64,000 bases of DNA, taken from positions 64,001 through 128,000 of the forward strand of contig JBBIJY010000003.1 of assembly GCA_037445735.1 (NCBI GenBank), in the 5' to 3' direction. The notes below the pieces were generated by a model, which was not told the origin of the DNA, did not search any database, and saw only the letters and a list, made by a program, of their open reading frames with translations. This stretch comes from Armatimonadota bacterium (lineage in GTDB: Bacteria; Armatimonadota; Fimbriimonadia; Fimbriimonadales; GBS-DC). Position 1 is the stretch's first letter, and every line of letters begins with the position of its first letter. Position numbers and translations under genes: made by a program. Shown one piece after another: positions 8,579-18,623 of the stretch.

Positions 8579-10744
8579 TTATGCTTCCTCCAGCGATGCG
8601 CTCTGCAGGGGCAGGGTGAGCATACCTGTGCCGCCCGGAAACATCACCGTGATGAACTCCCCGGTCGTGCGCACAACGATTCCGAACCCGTGCTGGGGAT
8701 GGCGCACGCGCTGCCCTGGCAGAAAATGCGACGCTGCCGACGGGCTGCGCCGCTTCGACGGATGGGCAGGTTGAACATCGGGCTGGCGCGGCTGGTACGC
8801 GCCCAGCATCAGCTGATGGAGCGTCGGAGTCTCCAGCCCTTTGAGCGCCCGCAAAAAGGACGACGGCTCGCTCCACCGACGGCTGCCGTAATAGCGACGC
8901 GACTGCGCAAAGGTCAGGTGCAGCTCGTCCATCGCGCGCGTCATACCCACATAGCAGAGCCGACGCTCCTCCTCTATATCGGCGGGCGTCTCGCACAGCG
9001 CGTGCGGCAACAGCCCGTTCTCCAGACCGACCAGAAAGACCACCGGGAACTCCAGCCCTTTGGCGGTGTGCAGCGTCATCAACAGCACCTGATTGCCCCG
9101 CTCGCCGAGCGTGTCGGCGTCGGTCGCCAGCGCCACATGCTGCAGGTATGCCATCGGGGAGGCGTCGCCACTGGTCGCCAGCATCTCGTCCTCGAACCGC
9201 TGCACCTCGTTCAGCAGCTCGCGCACATTGGCGGCGCGATCCACCGATTCGGCGTCCCTGCGCTCCTCCAGCCATGTCAGGTAGCCCGTGCGCTCGATAA
9301 TCTGCTTCATCAACGCGCTCAGCGGCTCGCGCTCGGCAACCGCTCGCAGCGATTCAATCAGGGTGACGAAGCTCTGGATGGCTTTCACTGCCTGCGCCGG
9401 CATCAGCTGGAGCAGGTCGGGGTCCTGCATCGCGCGGTAGGGGCTGACGAGCCGCCCGGCGGCATGCAGCTGAATCGCGAGCAGGGTCTGCTGCCCGATT
9501 TTGCGCGGCGGCGTGTTGATGATGCGTCGCAGGCTCACCGTATCGTCGGGATTGACCACCAGGCGCAGGTAAGCCAGCAGGTCTTTGACCTCTTTGCGGT
9601 CGTAAAAGCGCAACGCGCCCACGATGCGGTGCGGGATGCGCTCGCGCAGGAACCGCTCCTCGAACACGCGCGACTGGGCGTTCGTGCGATAGAGGATGGC
9701 GAAGTCGCCGTAGCGGCGCTGACCCTGATAGACCCGCCGCTGGATATATTCGGCAATCAGCCGCGCCTCCTCCTCTTCGTCGCTGACAGGGGTGAGCGTG
9801 ACGGGGATGCCGTCCGTACGCTCTGTCCACAGGCGCTTGGGCGCACGAACCCTGTTCTGGCTCACGATTCGCACCGCCGCGTCCAGAATCGGCTGGGTGG
9901 AGCGATAGTTGCGCTCCAGCTTGACCACCTTCGCGTCGGGAAAGTCCTGCTCAAAGCGCAGAATCAGCTCCGGCTCCGCGCCCCGAAAGCGATAGATCGA
10001 CTGGTCATCATCGCCCACTACGCAGAGGTTGCGATGCTCGCTTGCCAGCATGCGCACCAGCACATATTGCGCGTAGTTCACATCCTGATATTCGTCCACC
10101 AGAATATAGCGGAACTGCTGCTGATACCGTTCCAGCACGCGCGGCTGCTCGCTGAACAGGCGAATAACCATCAGCAGCAGGTCGTCGAAATCGAGCGCGT
10201 TCGCCGCCTGCAAGGCTTGCTGATAGCGCGGGTAGACGCTGGCGACGATGCGCTCGAAATAGTCCACCGCGCGCGCAACATACTGTTCGGGCGATAGCAG
10301 TCGCTCTTTGGCGCGGCTGATAGCGTTGCGAATCGAGCGCGGGTTGAACTGTTTCTCGTCTAAATCCAGCTCGCTCAGCACCTGACGGATGAGGTCGAGC
10401 TGGTCGTTCTCGTCGTACACAAGGAAGTTGGGCGGGATGTCGATGGCGCGTCCGCTCTCGCGCAGGATTCGGGCGCAGATGGCATGGAAGGTGCCTATCC
10501 ACAGCCCGCGAATGTCCATATCCAGCAGCCGTTGCAGGCGTTCCTTCATCTCGTCGGCTGCTTTGTTGGTGAAGGTCACCGCCAGAATCTGGCTGGGCGC
10601 GACGCCGTGCGTGTAGATGAGATTGGCGATGCGATAGGTGATGACGCGCGTTTTGCCGCTGCCCGCGCCCGCAAACACCAGCAGCGGGCCGTCCCTGTGC
10701 AGCACCGCCTCCAGCTGCTCCGGGTTCAGCGCCCCCAGATCCAT
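8579..10744 (-). CDS. pcrA: ATP-dependent DNA helicase PcrA/UvrD
   Basis: AGAGSGKT, VTFTNKAA, VDEYQD, VGDDDQSIY, NYRS, TLHTAKGLEF, EERRLCYVGMTRA, C-terminal Tudor-like domain. Confidence 0.93.
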   Translation of the reverse strand: MDLGALNPEQLEAVLHRDGPLLVFAGAGSGKTRVITYRIANLIYTHGVAPSQILAVTFTNKAADEMKERLQRLLDMDIRGLWIGTFHAICARILRESGRAIDIPPNFLVYDENDQLDLIRQVLSELDLDEKQFNPRSIRNAISRAKERLLSPEQYVARAVDYFERIVASVYPRYQQALQAANALDFDDLLLMVIRLFSEQPRVLERYQQQFRYILVDEYQDVNYAQYVLVRMLASEHRNLCVVGDDDQSIYRFRGAEPELILRFEQDFPDAKVVKLERNYRSTQPILDAAVRIVSQNRVRAPKRLWTERTDGIPVTLTPVSDEEEEARLIAEYIQRRVYQGQRRYGDFAILYRTNAQSRVFEERFLRERIPHRIVGALRFYDRKEVKDLLAYLRLVVNPDDTVSLRRIINTPPRKIGQQTLLAIQLHAAGRLVSPYRAMQDPDLLQLMPAQAVKAIQSFVTLIESLRAVAEREPLSALMKQIIERTGYLTWLEERRDAESVDRAANVRELLNEVQRFEDEMLATSGDASPMAYLQHVALATDADTLGERGNQVLLMTLHTAKGLEFPVVFLVGLENGLLPHALCETPADIEEERRLCYVGMTRAMDELHLTFAQSRRYYGSRRWSEPSSFLRALKGLETPTLHQLMLGAYQPRQPDVQPAHPSKRRSPSAASHFLPGQRVRHPQHGFGIVVRTTGEFITVMFPGGTGMLTLPLQSASLEEA

Positions 10745-10772
10745 CAGGGTACAGTGTACCCGAAAAAATAAC

Positions 10773-10832
10773 CCCCTGCTTCCCTCTCTGGGACGAGGGC
10801 TACCTGAACCCCTTCCCCTTCACGGGGTAGGG
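10773..10832. repeat. Degenerate copies of the REP-like palindrome
   Basis: CCCTCTCTGGGACGAGGG and CCCTTCCCCTTCACGGGGTAGGG hairpins. Confidence 0.45.
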
Positions 10833-11010
10833 CGTCGTTCCCAAGCGGGCTGCCCGCGCGAAAAGGGTATTCTGTCTGGCGATGCTGGCACAGTACAGCA
10901 CGCCCGTCGTCAACCATGCCCCTGAAGAGCCGCACGAGGAACTGGAGCCTTGAAGGAGCCAGCCGTTGCCGACAGCACCTGAGGCGGGTATACCCCTGTC
11001 GGGGAACGCG

Positions 11011-11266
11011 ATGGTCAAGTGGGTCAAAGTGAAATATCGAGGTGGCGTTCTGGAGCCGCTGGAGCCGCTGGGGCTGGAAGAAGGCGCCGAGCTGACCGTG
11101 ATGATTCCTGCTCTGGGGGAAGCGTCGGGAACCGATGAAAGCATTACGGCGACCGCAGGCGCGTGGGCAGACCTGACAGGTGGCTATCAGCATCCTCTCG
11201 CTGGCGGAGCTTTACGAAGGTGTGTTCCGCGCTCGCGAGCCGCGGGCAGCTGAAGACGAATCTTAG
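11011..11266 (+). pseudogene. Collapsed TA locus: DUF104/AF2212-type antitoxin joined to an internal VapC/PIN fragment
   Basis: MVKWVKVKYRGGVLEPLEPLGLEEGAEL from 11011. Another frame at 11180-11266 reads VAISILSLAELYEGVFRA..., typical of a PIN toxin helix. Confidence 0.6.
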
Positions 11267-11398
11267 CCCCCAGAATCGCCCCAAAAGGGGCAAATGGGGA
11301 CAAAAGTCCTGTTCGGTTCCGCGCAAAAGTGGTGTATAATAGGCGATGGGGGAGCGACGCCTCCCCATTGAAACACTCTTTGGAAGGGGGTCAAGACG

Positions 11399-12097
11399 AT
11401 GCGTACAGTGCGATGGAACCGAGGGCGCGTCGCGCTGAATGCGCGACTGAGTGGGGTGCTGGTGATAGGGCTGATGACGCTAACGGCGTTGATGGCACAA
11501 CCGGTGTACTGGGAAGGAAACGGGCATTATTACGAGTTTGTTCTCAGCAGCTCAATCTCATGGCAAAATGCTCGTAGTCAGGCGGAACAGCGGACTTACC
11601 AGTGTCGTCGTGGGTATCTGGCAACGATTACCTCTCAAGCAGAGCAAGACTTTGTTTGGAATCTGCTCCGTACGAATTACACCTGTGGTGGCGTATCATC
11701 ACAGTTCTATCTCGGTGGATATGAGAATCCTGCGGGGAGCGGGAACTGGCACTGGGTCACTGGGGAACCGATGGACTTCACTTACTGGGAGCAAGGCGAG
11801 CCGAATAATCGGGGTTATGAAACGGTGATTGCGCTTGGGTTGTTTTGCTCCGGGCGCTGGAATAATGTTCCGCCCGATGGGTCATGGGGAGCGCGCGGCT
11901 ATATCGTTGAGTATAGTGAAGCCGGCACAAGCGGCGATGTAGACCAGAACGGCTGCGTGGACGATGCTGACTTGCTGGCAGTGCTGTTTGCGTTTGGACA
12001 AACAGGCAGTGGACTCCCTGAAGATGTCAACTGTGATGGCACAGTGGACGACGCCGACCTGTTGACTGTGCTGTTCAACTTCGGCAGCGGGTGTTAG
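11399..12097 (+). CDS. Secreted C-type-lectin-like protein with C-terminal dockerin-like tail
   Basis: Signal peptide, GNGHYYEFV, GYLATITSQAEQDF, WVTGE, YWEQGEPNN, GRWNN. Tail GDVDQNGCVDDADLLAVLFAFG...DVNCDGTVDDADLLTVLFNFGSGC. Confidence 0.8.
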   Translation: MRTVRWNRGRVALNARLSGVLVIGLMTLTALMAQPVYWEGNGHYYEFVLSSSISWQNARSQAEQRTYQCRRGYLATITSQAEQDFVWNLLRTNYTCGGVSSQFYLGGYENPAGSGNWHWVTGEPMDFTYWEQGEPNNRGYETVIALGLFCSGRWNNVPPDGSWGARGYIVEYSEAGTSGDVDQNGCVDDADLLAVLFAFGQTGSGLPEDVNCDGTVDDADLLTVLFNFGSGC

Positions 12098-12307
12098 CCC
12101 TCACCCCCCTCATCCGTACCCTCTCCCCCAGAGGGGGAGAGCGGGGTTTCGTTTCTCCCTCTCCCCTCTGGGGAGAGGGCTGGAGTGAGGGGTTTTCTAC
12201 CAGCATGAGGCTCGTAGCCCCCTCACCCGTACCCTCTCCCCCAGAGGGGGAGAGGGACCTGGAAAAAACCCCTCGCCCGCAGCGGGGGGGGGTAAGGAGG
12301 TGAGGGT
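12098..12307. repeat. Cluster of four REP-like palindromes in alternating orientation
   Basis: CCCTCTCCCCCAGAGGGGGAGAG hairpins with CCCTCACCC or GGTGAGGG tails, between convergent genes. Confidence 0.85.
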
Positions 12308-12316
12308 TTCCAGGCG

Positions 12317-13828
12317 CTATTCGGGTGCGCGGAACATCACCAGCGATTCGACCGTGCGATCCTCCACCTGGCGCAGCACGCGCAGGCGCACGGTCTGACC
12401 GCCTTTGATGCCCTGAACCGCCTGCTCGAAGTCGCGCGGCGAGTTGACGGGCTTATCGTTGACGGCGATAATCAGGTCGCCCGCCTGCAAGCCCGCTTCG
12501 GCAGCCGGGCTATCGCGGTCGACCTCCGTCACGAACGCGCCCTGCTGACGATTGAGCGCGCGGCGCACATCGTCGGGCACGCTGCCCACGCGGATACCCA
12601 GCTTCTCAATCGGGCTGGGCGGTGTCAGCTCCGCTTTGCCGCGCACAGGCGGCGTCTTCACATCCTCCGGATGCTGACCCAGTGTGGCGGACACCGTGAG
12701 CGTTTTGCCCTCCCGCACAATCTTGAAGCGCGCTTCCGCGCCCGGACCCTTCTCGGCAATCATATCGCGCAGGGCGACCTGATCCTCGATGGGCTTACCA
12801 TCCATCTCGATAATCACATCGCCTGCGCGGATGCCCGCCTTGTCGGCAGGCGAGCCGATTTCGACCTGCACCACCAGCGCGCCGCGCTCCACCTTCAGCT
12901 CCTGCTTCATCTCCGGGCTGAGGTCATCCAGCCCCACACCGAGATAGCCGCGCACATAGGAGCCTTTCTCGATGAGCTGGCGCACGACCGACTTCGCGCG
13001 ATTGATGGGGATGGCGAAGCCAACGCCCACATTGCCGCCCGTCAGCCCGCTGACAATCGCCGTGTTGATGCCAATCACCTCTCCCCGCGCGTTCACCAGC
13101 GGACCGCCAGAGTTGCCGCCGTTGATCGCGGCATCGGTCTGAATCAGGTCCGGGTAGAAGCGGGGCATATCAGCGCCGCCAATCACCTCACGGCGACCAA
13201 CCGCGCTCACGATGCCCATCGTAACGGTCTTCTCCAGCCCAAATGGGCTGCCAAACGCGAACACAATCTGACCCGGCTTCACCGTTGACGAATCGCCCAG
13301 CACGGCGGCGGGCAGGTTGCGGCGGTTCACCTTCACCAGCGCGATATCCATATTCGGCGCACGCAGCACCGTGCCGTTCGCCTTGCTGCCGTCCGCGAAG
13401 GTGACCTCCACCTCGTCCGCACCGCTGACCACATGGTCGTTCGTCAGGATGTAGCCGTCACTGCGGATAATCACGCCTGAACCCTCGCCCTGAATCACGC
13501 GCGGGGGCGCAAACTGAGGCAGGTTGGGCAGCTCGTCATCGGGAATACCAAATCGGCGGAAGAAGTTGCGCAGGTCATCGTCGTCCTGAATGCGTGTCTG
13601 CGGCAGGCGCTTTTTGACCCGAATGTGAACGACCGTCGGCTGAACGGTCTCCACCAGTCGCGCGAACGCCGATTCGAGGCTCACCAGCGTGGTGCGCTCC
13701 TGCGGCGTGAACAGGACCGTTGCCAGTCGCTCCTGCGCAATCGCGCCCAGCGGCGAGCGCAGCGCCAGCACCGCGCCCACGCCCAAAACAGCCACGATAC
13801 CCACGATTAACCACCAGCGTCTCATCAT
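12317..13828 (-). CDS. degP: HtrA/DegP serine protease with two PDZ domains
   Basis: GSGVII, LTNDHVV, DIAL, IQTDAAINGGNSGGPL, two PDZ domains. Confidence 0.92.
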   Translation of the reverse strand: MMRRWWLIVGIVAVLGVGAVLALRSPLGAIAQERLATVLFTPQERTTLVSLESAFARLVETVQPTVVHIRVKKRLPQTRIQDDDDLRNFFRRFGIPDDELPNLPQFAPPRVIQGEGSGVIIRSDGYILTNDHVVSGADEVEVTFADGSKANGTVLRAPNMDIALVKVNRRNLPAAVLGDSSTVKPGQIVFAFGSPFGLEKTVTMGIVSAVGRREVIGGADMPRFYPDLIQTDAAINGGNSGGPLVNARGEVIGINTAIVSGLTGGNVGVGFAIPINRAKSVVRQLIEKGSYVRGYLGVGLDDLSPEMKQELKVERGALVVQVEIGSPADKAGIRAGDVIIEMDGKPIEDQVALRDMIAEKGPGAEARFKIVREGKTLTVSATLGQHPEDVKTPPVRGKAELTPPSPIEKLGIRVGSVPDDVRRALNRQQGAFVTEVDRDSPAAEAGLQAGDLIIAVNDKPVNSPRDFEQAVQGIKGGQTVRLRVLRQVEDRTVESLVMFRAPE

Positions 13829-13849
13829 ATTTCACCTCCCTGCAACAGA

Positions 13850-14458
13850 TTATTTGACCTGCAGCCCAAAAGCGGGCTGAAACGAGTCCACAGGCTGCCA
13901 TCCTGCCCCTGTGGGCATTACAGCCGGTTGAGACGGATACAGCGTGGAAGGGTTCGGGGCAATCCATATCTCTATTGGGGCAGGGTTCTGCAGAGGCTCA
14001 TAACGGGTATTAATCAAAGAGCTGTTTGGAGAGCGCTGGAGTAAGGGGAGCGGGACAGCTCGGCTGGAATAAGTGCTGGTAAGGGTCGGGTTCAGGGCAT
14101 CGCTTTGCATGGGGCGGATGGGATTCTCTTCGTCATAGGCGGAAAACCAGAACAGCAACGCGACGGTGGCGGCGGCACCCCATGCATAGCGCCACCACCG
14201 CGTGCGCCAGATCAACCGCCGACGCCCCTGCTCAACCACGCGCTGCCGATGCAAGCGCTGTAAAACCGCTTCGGGTCCTCTCAGAGGAACCACGGTGGGC
14301 AAATGGCGCATCAGGTGCTTCATGCGCCGAAGGGTCTCGTACTCCGCCGAGCATTCCAGACAACACTCCAGATGAGCGCGAACCCGCTGCTGCTCCCAGC
14401 CCGTCAACTCCATGTCGATATACGCCGAAAGGTGAGACTGCACATAGCGACAGTTCAT
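13850..14458 (-). CDS. Zinc-finger (ZAS) transmembrane anti-sigma factor
   Basis: LSAYID..L, HLECCLEC (HxxxCxxC), TM helix. Coupled to the ECF sigma gene. Confidence 0.88.
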   Translation of the reverse strand: MNCRYVQSHLSAYIDMELTGWEQQRVRAHLECCLECSAEYETLRRMKHLMRHLPTVVPLRGPEAVLQRLHRQRVVEQGRRRLIWRTRWWRYAWGAAATVALLFWFSAYDEENPIRPMQSDALNPTLTSTYSSRAVPLPLLQRSPNSSLINTRYEPLQNPAPIEIWIAPNPSTLYPSQPAVMPTGAGWQPVDSFQPAFGLQVK

Positions 14459-15057
14459 TTCAAATCACCTCGCTCGAAAAGTTCAGGGTACTTCTTCATC
14501 AGGTAATCGCGCAGCTGTTTGCGCCCGCGATGGATTCGCGAACGCACCGTGCCGATGGAGGTGCCCATAATCTCGGCAATCTCCTCATAGGAGTGCCCGT
14601 AGCTGTCCGCGAGCACGACCGCCGTGCGGAACTCCGGGGGCAACTGCTGGAGACCCTCCTCGATGGCGTCCACATACTCCCGATCGAGCGCGATCTCCAG
14701 CGGGCTAAGACCCGGATCGGGCAGCTCCAGCGGCGTGCCCTCCTCACCCTCATCGGTCAGCAACGGCTCATCCAGCGAAACGGTCTTCAGCCGACCACGC
14801 CGACGATACTCGTCAATATAGAGATTGGTCATGATTCGGCTGAACCAGTTCATGAAGGGCATACTGCGGTCGTAGCGGTCAAAAAAGCGGTAGGCGCGCA
14901 GAAAGGCATCCTGCACCAGGTCCTCCGCATCGGCGGTGTTCCCTGTGAGGCGGTAGGCAAGGTTGTAGGCTTGACGATAGTGACGGCGCACCAGCTCATC
15001 AAATTCGCGCTGAATCTCGTCTTCCATGCATTTCGCTGCCGCCGTATAAGTCACCAT
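14455..15057 (-). CDS. ECF sigma factor (SigE/RpoE-like)
   Basis: DAEDLVQDAFLRAY, WFSRIMTNLYID, SYEEIAEIMGTSIGTVRSRIHRGR. Start at 15057 after GGAGG. Confidence 0.92.
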   Translation of the reverse strand: MVTYTAAAKCMEDEIQREFDELVRRHYRQAYNLAYRLTGNTADAEDLVQDAFLRAYRFFDRYDRSMPFMNWFSRIMTNLYIDEYRRRGRLKTVSLDEPLLTDEGEEGTPLELPDPGLSPLEIALDREYVDAIEEGLQQLPPEFRTAVVLADSYGHSYEEIAEIMGTSIGTVRSRIHRGRKQLRDYLMKKYPELFERGDLK

Positions 15058-15077
15058 TCCCGCCTCCATCAAGAGGG

Positions 15078-15106
15078 TTATACGAGGGCGGATAGCGAGA
15101 AGTTCC
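15078..15106 (-). promoter_or_regulatory. ECF (sigmaE-type) promoter P1
   Basis: GGAACTT-N16-GTATAA upstream of the sigma gene. Confidence 0.7.
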
Positions 15107-15138
15107 CCGTCAGCGGCTCCGCTTCCCTCCTCACCTTA

Positions 15139-15167
15139 TTAGACGCACCGATAGTATACCCTGTTCC
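15139..15167 (-). promoter_or_regulatory. ECF (sigmaE-type) promoter P2
   Basis: GGAAC-N18-GTCTAA, same -35/-10 geometry as P1. Confidence 0.65.
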
Positions 15168-15209
15168 ACCCGTCTGGCACGGTGGCGGGGCAGGTGAGGA
15201 GGGTTCCCC

Positions 15210-15638
15210 TCACCAGCGGCGTGCCCCACCACAGCGACTGACCTCGTAGCGATAGACCTCCGCCAGACCCCGATAGGGATTGTTCTCCCACGCCCGCTTG
15301 AGCTTCGAAATGGCAAACTTGAGCGTCTTCGCCACCGCCTGCTTGGAGATTTTGAGCTGCTTGCCAATCTCCTGCAGAGTCCAGCCGCTCAGATAGCGCT
15401 CGCATACATAGCGCTGACGCGGCGTCAGATCCGCCCGATCGAGCACCGCCTCGATCTCGACCCGCTCGAAATATTCCACCGCCACATCCGGCACCGCCAC
15501 ATGCTCGCCCAGCTCGGTCTGCCGACGACGATGACGGCGCAACTTGCGCTCGAACGAATCCTCGCGCGTGAACGGGTACTCCCCGTTACGCTCCGACGCA
15601 ATCACAAACTCCGGCTCCATCGGCTCCTTCAGTGCCAT
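15210..15638 (-). CDS. Sigma-70 region-4 type HTH protein
   Basis: LTPRQRYV...SGWTLQEIGKQLKISKQAVAKTL. GGAGGG RBS. Confidence 0.7.
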   Translation of the reverse strand: MALKEPMEPEFVIASERNGEYPFTREDSFERKLRRHRRRQTELGEHVAVPDVAVEYFERVEIEAVLDRADLTPRQRYVCERYLSGWTLQEIGKQLKISKQAVAKTLKFAISKLKRAWENNPYRGLAEVYRYEVSRCGGARRW

Positions 15639-15733
15639 AGCGAATCCCTCCGTTTGTTAAAGGACATCTGGTAGATATTTGTATACCATTCCGCCTGCAG
15701 GATTCCTGCTTTGTCGGCGCGAATCGATCCCAT

Positions 15734-16204
15734 GTGGACGCGAAAAAGAGCCTGCAGGAGACCTACGCGCCGAACAGCACCTGCTACGGCTGTGGACCTG
15801 CCAACCCGAAGGGACTGCGCATCCGCAGCTTTGTGGAGGGCGAGCAACTGATCGCCGAGTGGCAGCCTGAAGCCTATCACGAGGCGTTTCCTGGCGCACT
15901 GAACGGCGGCGTTATCGGCACCCTGCTCGATTGCCACTGCAACTGGGCAGCCGCCTATCACCTGATGCAGACGCAGGGACTGGCTCATCCGCCCGCAACC
16001 GTTACGGCGGAGTACCACATCCGCCTGTTGCGTCCCACGCCGACCGATGAGCCGGTGCGCCTGATCGCGCGCGTGGTGGAGACGAAGGGCAACCGTGTGG
16101 TGGTGGAAGGCGAGCTGTGGGCAAAGGGACAGCTCTGCGCCACCTGCCGCGGGCTGTTCGTGGCAGTGCCGCCCGACCACCCCGCTTACCACCGCTGGGA
16201 TTGA
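15734..16204 (+). CDS. PaaI/hotdog-fold thioesterase
   Basis: CYGCGPANPKGL, GALNGGVIGTLLD, VTAEYHIRLLRPTP. Confidence 0.85.
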   Translation: MDAKKSLQETYAPNSTCYGCGPANPKGLRIRSFVEGEQLIAEWQPEAYHEAFPGALNGGVIGTLLDCHCNWAAAYHLMQTQGLAHPPATVTAEYHIRLLRPTPTDEPVRLIARVVETKGNRVVVEGELWAKGQLCATCRGLFVAVPPDHPAYHRWD

Positions 16205-16253
16205 TCGCCACTTTCGGGGGAGCAGAAGCGTATAATCTATAAGGAGGCTCGGT

Positions 16254-17387
16254 ATGACTATCCATCGCTTCATGTACTGGCTGTTCGTGGCAGTCGGGAT
16301 GGTGCTGTTCGCCACAGTGGGCTTCTTGCTGACGGACCCCTTTTTGCGGATGGTGAGCGCGCGGTGGGGTAGCGATGTGGCAATCTCGCCGCTCTGGACA
16401 CGAATTGGGTTCACAACGGCGGGGCTGTTGTTGGGCATTCTGGTGGGCAATCACGGCTTCCAACTGCTGTCGCGTGTGGCGCAACATCTGGAGGAGGCGG
16501 AACCCGATGAGAAGCTGGCAATCGGGCTGGGATTGATCTCGGCAGCGATTATCACCTTCGCGCTCTATCCCCTGCTGTTCGCGATTGGCGGCGCACGGCT
16601 GGGCTGGGCGCTCACCCTGCTCGCCTTCACCGTGCTGGTCTACCTCAGCGTGGTTAGCTTCCTGAGCATGAAAGAGTACCTGCCGCTCACCGCGCAGATG
16701 GCGCGCCGCTCGCGCGGCATCAAGGTGCTGGACACCAGCGTGATTATCGACGGGCGAATCCGCGACATCTGGCGCTCAGGCTTCCTGGAAGGACGCCTCT
16801 ATGTGCCCGGCTTCGTGCTGGACGAACTGCAGCATATCGCCGATTCGGAAGACCCGCTGCGCCGCGCCCGCGGACGACGCGGGCTGGAAGTGCTCAAGCA
16901 GCTCCAGCAGGAAGCCGAACTGGAGGTGCGCACGCACGACCGACTCGCGCCGCCTGCCAACGACGATGTGGACGCGCGACTGGTGCGACTGGCAAAAGCG
17001 CTGCGAGCCGACATCATCACCAACGATTATAACCTGAACCGCGTGGCGGAACTGCAGGGCGTGCGCGTGCTGAACATCAACGAACTCGCTGAAGCCGTGC
17101 GAATCCATGTGCTGCCCGGCGAGGAACTGACCGTCACCCCCATCCGCGAGGGGCAGGAACCAGAGCAGGGCATCGCCTACCTCGAAGACGGCACGATGGT
17201 GGTGGTCGAAGGCGGGCGACCCTACATCCAGCAAGCCATCGATGTGGTCGTCACCAGCGTGCTGCAGTCCACGCGCGGCAAAATGATTTTCGCCGAACCC
17301 AAACAGTGGAGCGACTCAACAGAAGGTGGCACCGACTATGGTACACGCCCTTATCCTGGCAGCCGGAAGCGGCGCCCGCTACGGTAA
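16254..17387 (+). CDS. Membrane PIN/TRAM-domain protein (YacL-like)
   Basis: 4 TM helices, [39 protein letters not shown]. Precedes ispD. Confidence 0.9.
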   Translation: MTIHRFMYWLFVAVGMVLFATVGFLLTDPFLRMVSARWGSDVAISPLWTRIGFTTAGLLLGILVGNHGFQLLSRVAQHLEEAEPDEKLAIGLGLISAAIITFALYPLLFAIGGARLGWALTLLAFTVLVYLSVVSFLSMKEYLPLTAQMARRSRGIKVLDTSVIIDGRIRDIWRSGFLEGRLYVPGFVLDELQHIADSEDPLRRARGRRGLEVLKQLQQEAELEVRTHDRLAPPANDDVDARLVRLAKALRADIITNDYNLNRVAELQGVRVLNINELAEAVRIHVLPGEELTVTPIREGQEPEQGIAYLEDGTMVVVEGGRPYIQQAIDVVVTSVLQSTRGKMIFAEPKQWSDSTEGGTDYGTRPYPGSRKRRPLR

Positions 17388-18612
17388 GCCCGACAAGCTC
17401 TGGCTCCCCCTGCACGGGCGACCGCTCTGGTGGCATGCCGTTCGGCAACTGCTCACCCACCCGCAGGTGTCGGGCGCCACGCTGGTCGTCGCGCCCGGCG
17501 ATGAACCCCGCTTCCAGTCGGAACTTGCCCAAGCCTCTCCTCTGTTGGGAGAGGTTTCGGCATCCCCGTCTCCCCTCGGGGGAGAAACTCCTACATCCCC
17601 CTCTCCCCTCGGGGGAGAGGGTACGGGTGCGGGGCAACCTGCTAAACATGTGCAAATCTGCGGTGTCGGCGGTGCGACTCGCCAGCAAAGCGTGCGCCAC
17701 GGGCTGAGCTGCGTGCCGCCCGACGCCGCATGGATTGCCGTTCACGACGCCGCGCGCCCGCTGCCCTCGCACGCGCTGCTCGACCGCCTCTTCGCCTGCG
17801 CTCGCGATTATGGCGCCGCCATCCCCGTGCTGCCCGTGTACGACACGCTCAAACGCCTCACCGAAAACGGACAGGCGGCGCAAACCCTTCCGCGTGAAGG
17901 CGTCTATCGCGTGCAGACACCGCAGGTGTTCCGCACCGACTGGCTGCGCGACGCCCACCAGCGCGCGCTCGAAGCAGGTCTCGACAACGCGCCCGACGAC
18001 GCCTTCCTGCTGGAGCAGGCAGGCTACCCTGTTCACACCGTACCCGGCGACACGCTCAACCTCAAAATCACCACGCCCGACGACTATCACCGGCTCATCA
18101 ACCATGTGGAGGGCACGATGCAGATTCGCACCGGAATCGGGTATGATATACATCCCCTCGTGGAGGGGCGCAAACTGGTGCTGGGAGGTCTGGAAATCGA
18201 ACACGCGCTGGGTCTAAAGGGGCATTCGGACGCCGATGTGGTGCTGCACGCTATCTGCGACGCGCTGCTGGGCGCCGCCGCGCTCGGCGACATCGGGCAA
18301 CATTTTCCCAACACCGACCCGCGCTGGAAAGACATCAGCAGCCTCGTGCTGCTCCAGCGCGTGCAGCAGATGCTTGCCGAACACGGCTGGCAAATCGCCC
18401 ATATCGATGCGACCATCCTCGCAGAAGCGCCCCGACTGGCGCCCCACATCCCCGCCATGCGCGCCCGAATCGCGCACGCCCTGAACCTCGCGCCCGAACA
18501 GGTCAGCATCAAGGCGACCACCAACGAAGGGCTGGACGCTATCGGCAAACAGCAGGCAATCGCCTGCCACGCCGTCGCCACCATCTACCAACCACGCACA
18601 CCTGCCGATTGA
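17338..18612 (+). CDS. ispDF: Bifunctional IspD/IspF
   Basis: [38 protein letters not shown], then [34 protein letters not shown]. Confidence 0.93.
   Translation: MVHALILAAGSGARYGKPDKLWLPLHGRPLWWHAVRQLLTHPQVSGATLVVAPGDEPRFQSELAQASPLLGEVSASPSPLGGETPTSPSPLGGEGTGAGQPAKHVQICGVGGATRQQSVRHGLSCVPPDAAWIAVHDAARPLPSHALLDRLFACARDYGAAIPVLPVYDTLKRLTENGQAAQTLPREGVYRVQTPQVFRTDWLRDAHQRALEAGLDNAPDDAFLLEQAGYPVHTVPGDTLNLKITTPDDYHRLINHVEGTMQIRTGIGYDIHPLVEGRKLVLGGLEIEHALGLKGHSDADVVLHAICDALLGAAALGDIGQHFPNTDPRWKDISSLVLLQRVQQMLAEHGWQIAHIDATILAEAPRLAPHIPAMRARIAHALNLAPEQVSIKATTNEGLDAIGKQQAIACHAVATIYQPRTPAD
17535..17634. repeat. REP-like palindromes in frame within ispD
   Basis: Three TCTCCCCTCGGGGGAGA-type hairpins ending GAGGGTACGGGTGCGGGG. 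Encodes [33 protein letters not shown]. Confidence 0.8.
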
Positions 18613-18623
18613 GGAGGTTCACC

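Noticed and set aside
8690-10297. Long antisense ORFs (also 21333-22373, 51741-53132, 45534-46091 and others)
   Set aside because: Shadow frames of GC-rich genes or of rnpB, with no motifs.
12098-12307. Repeat clusters as a CRISPR array
   Set aside because: Units alternate in orientation, spacing is irregular, copies are dispersed and no cas genes are present.
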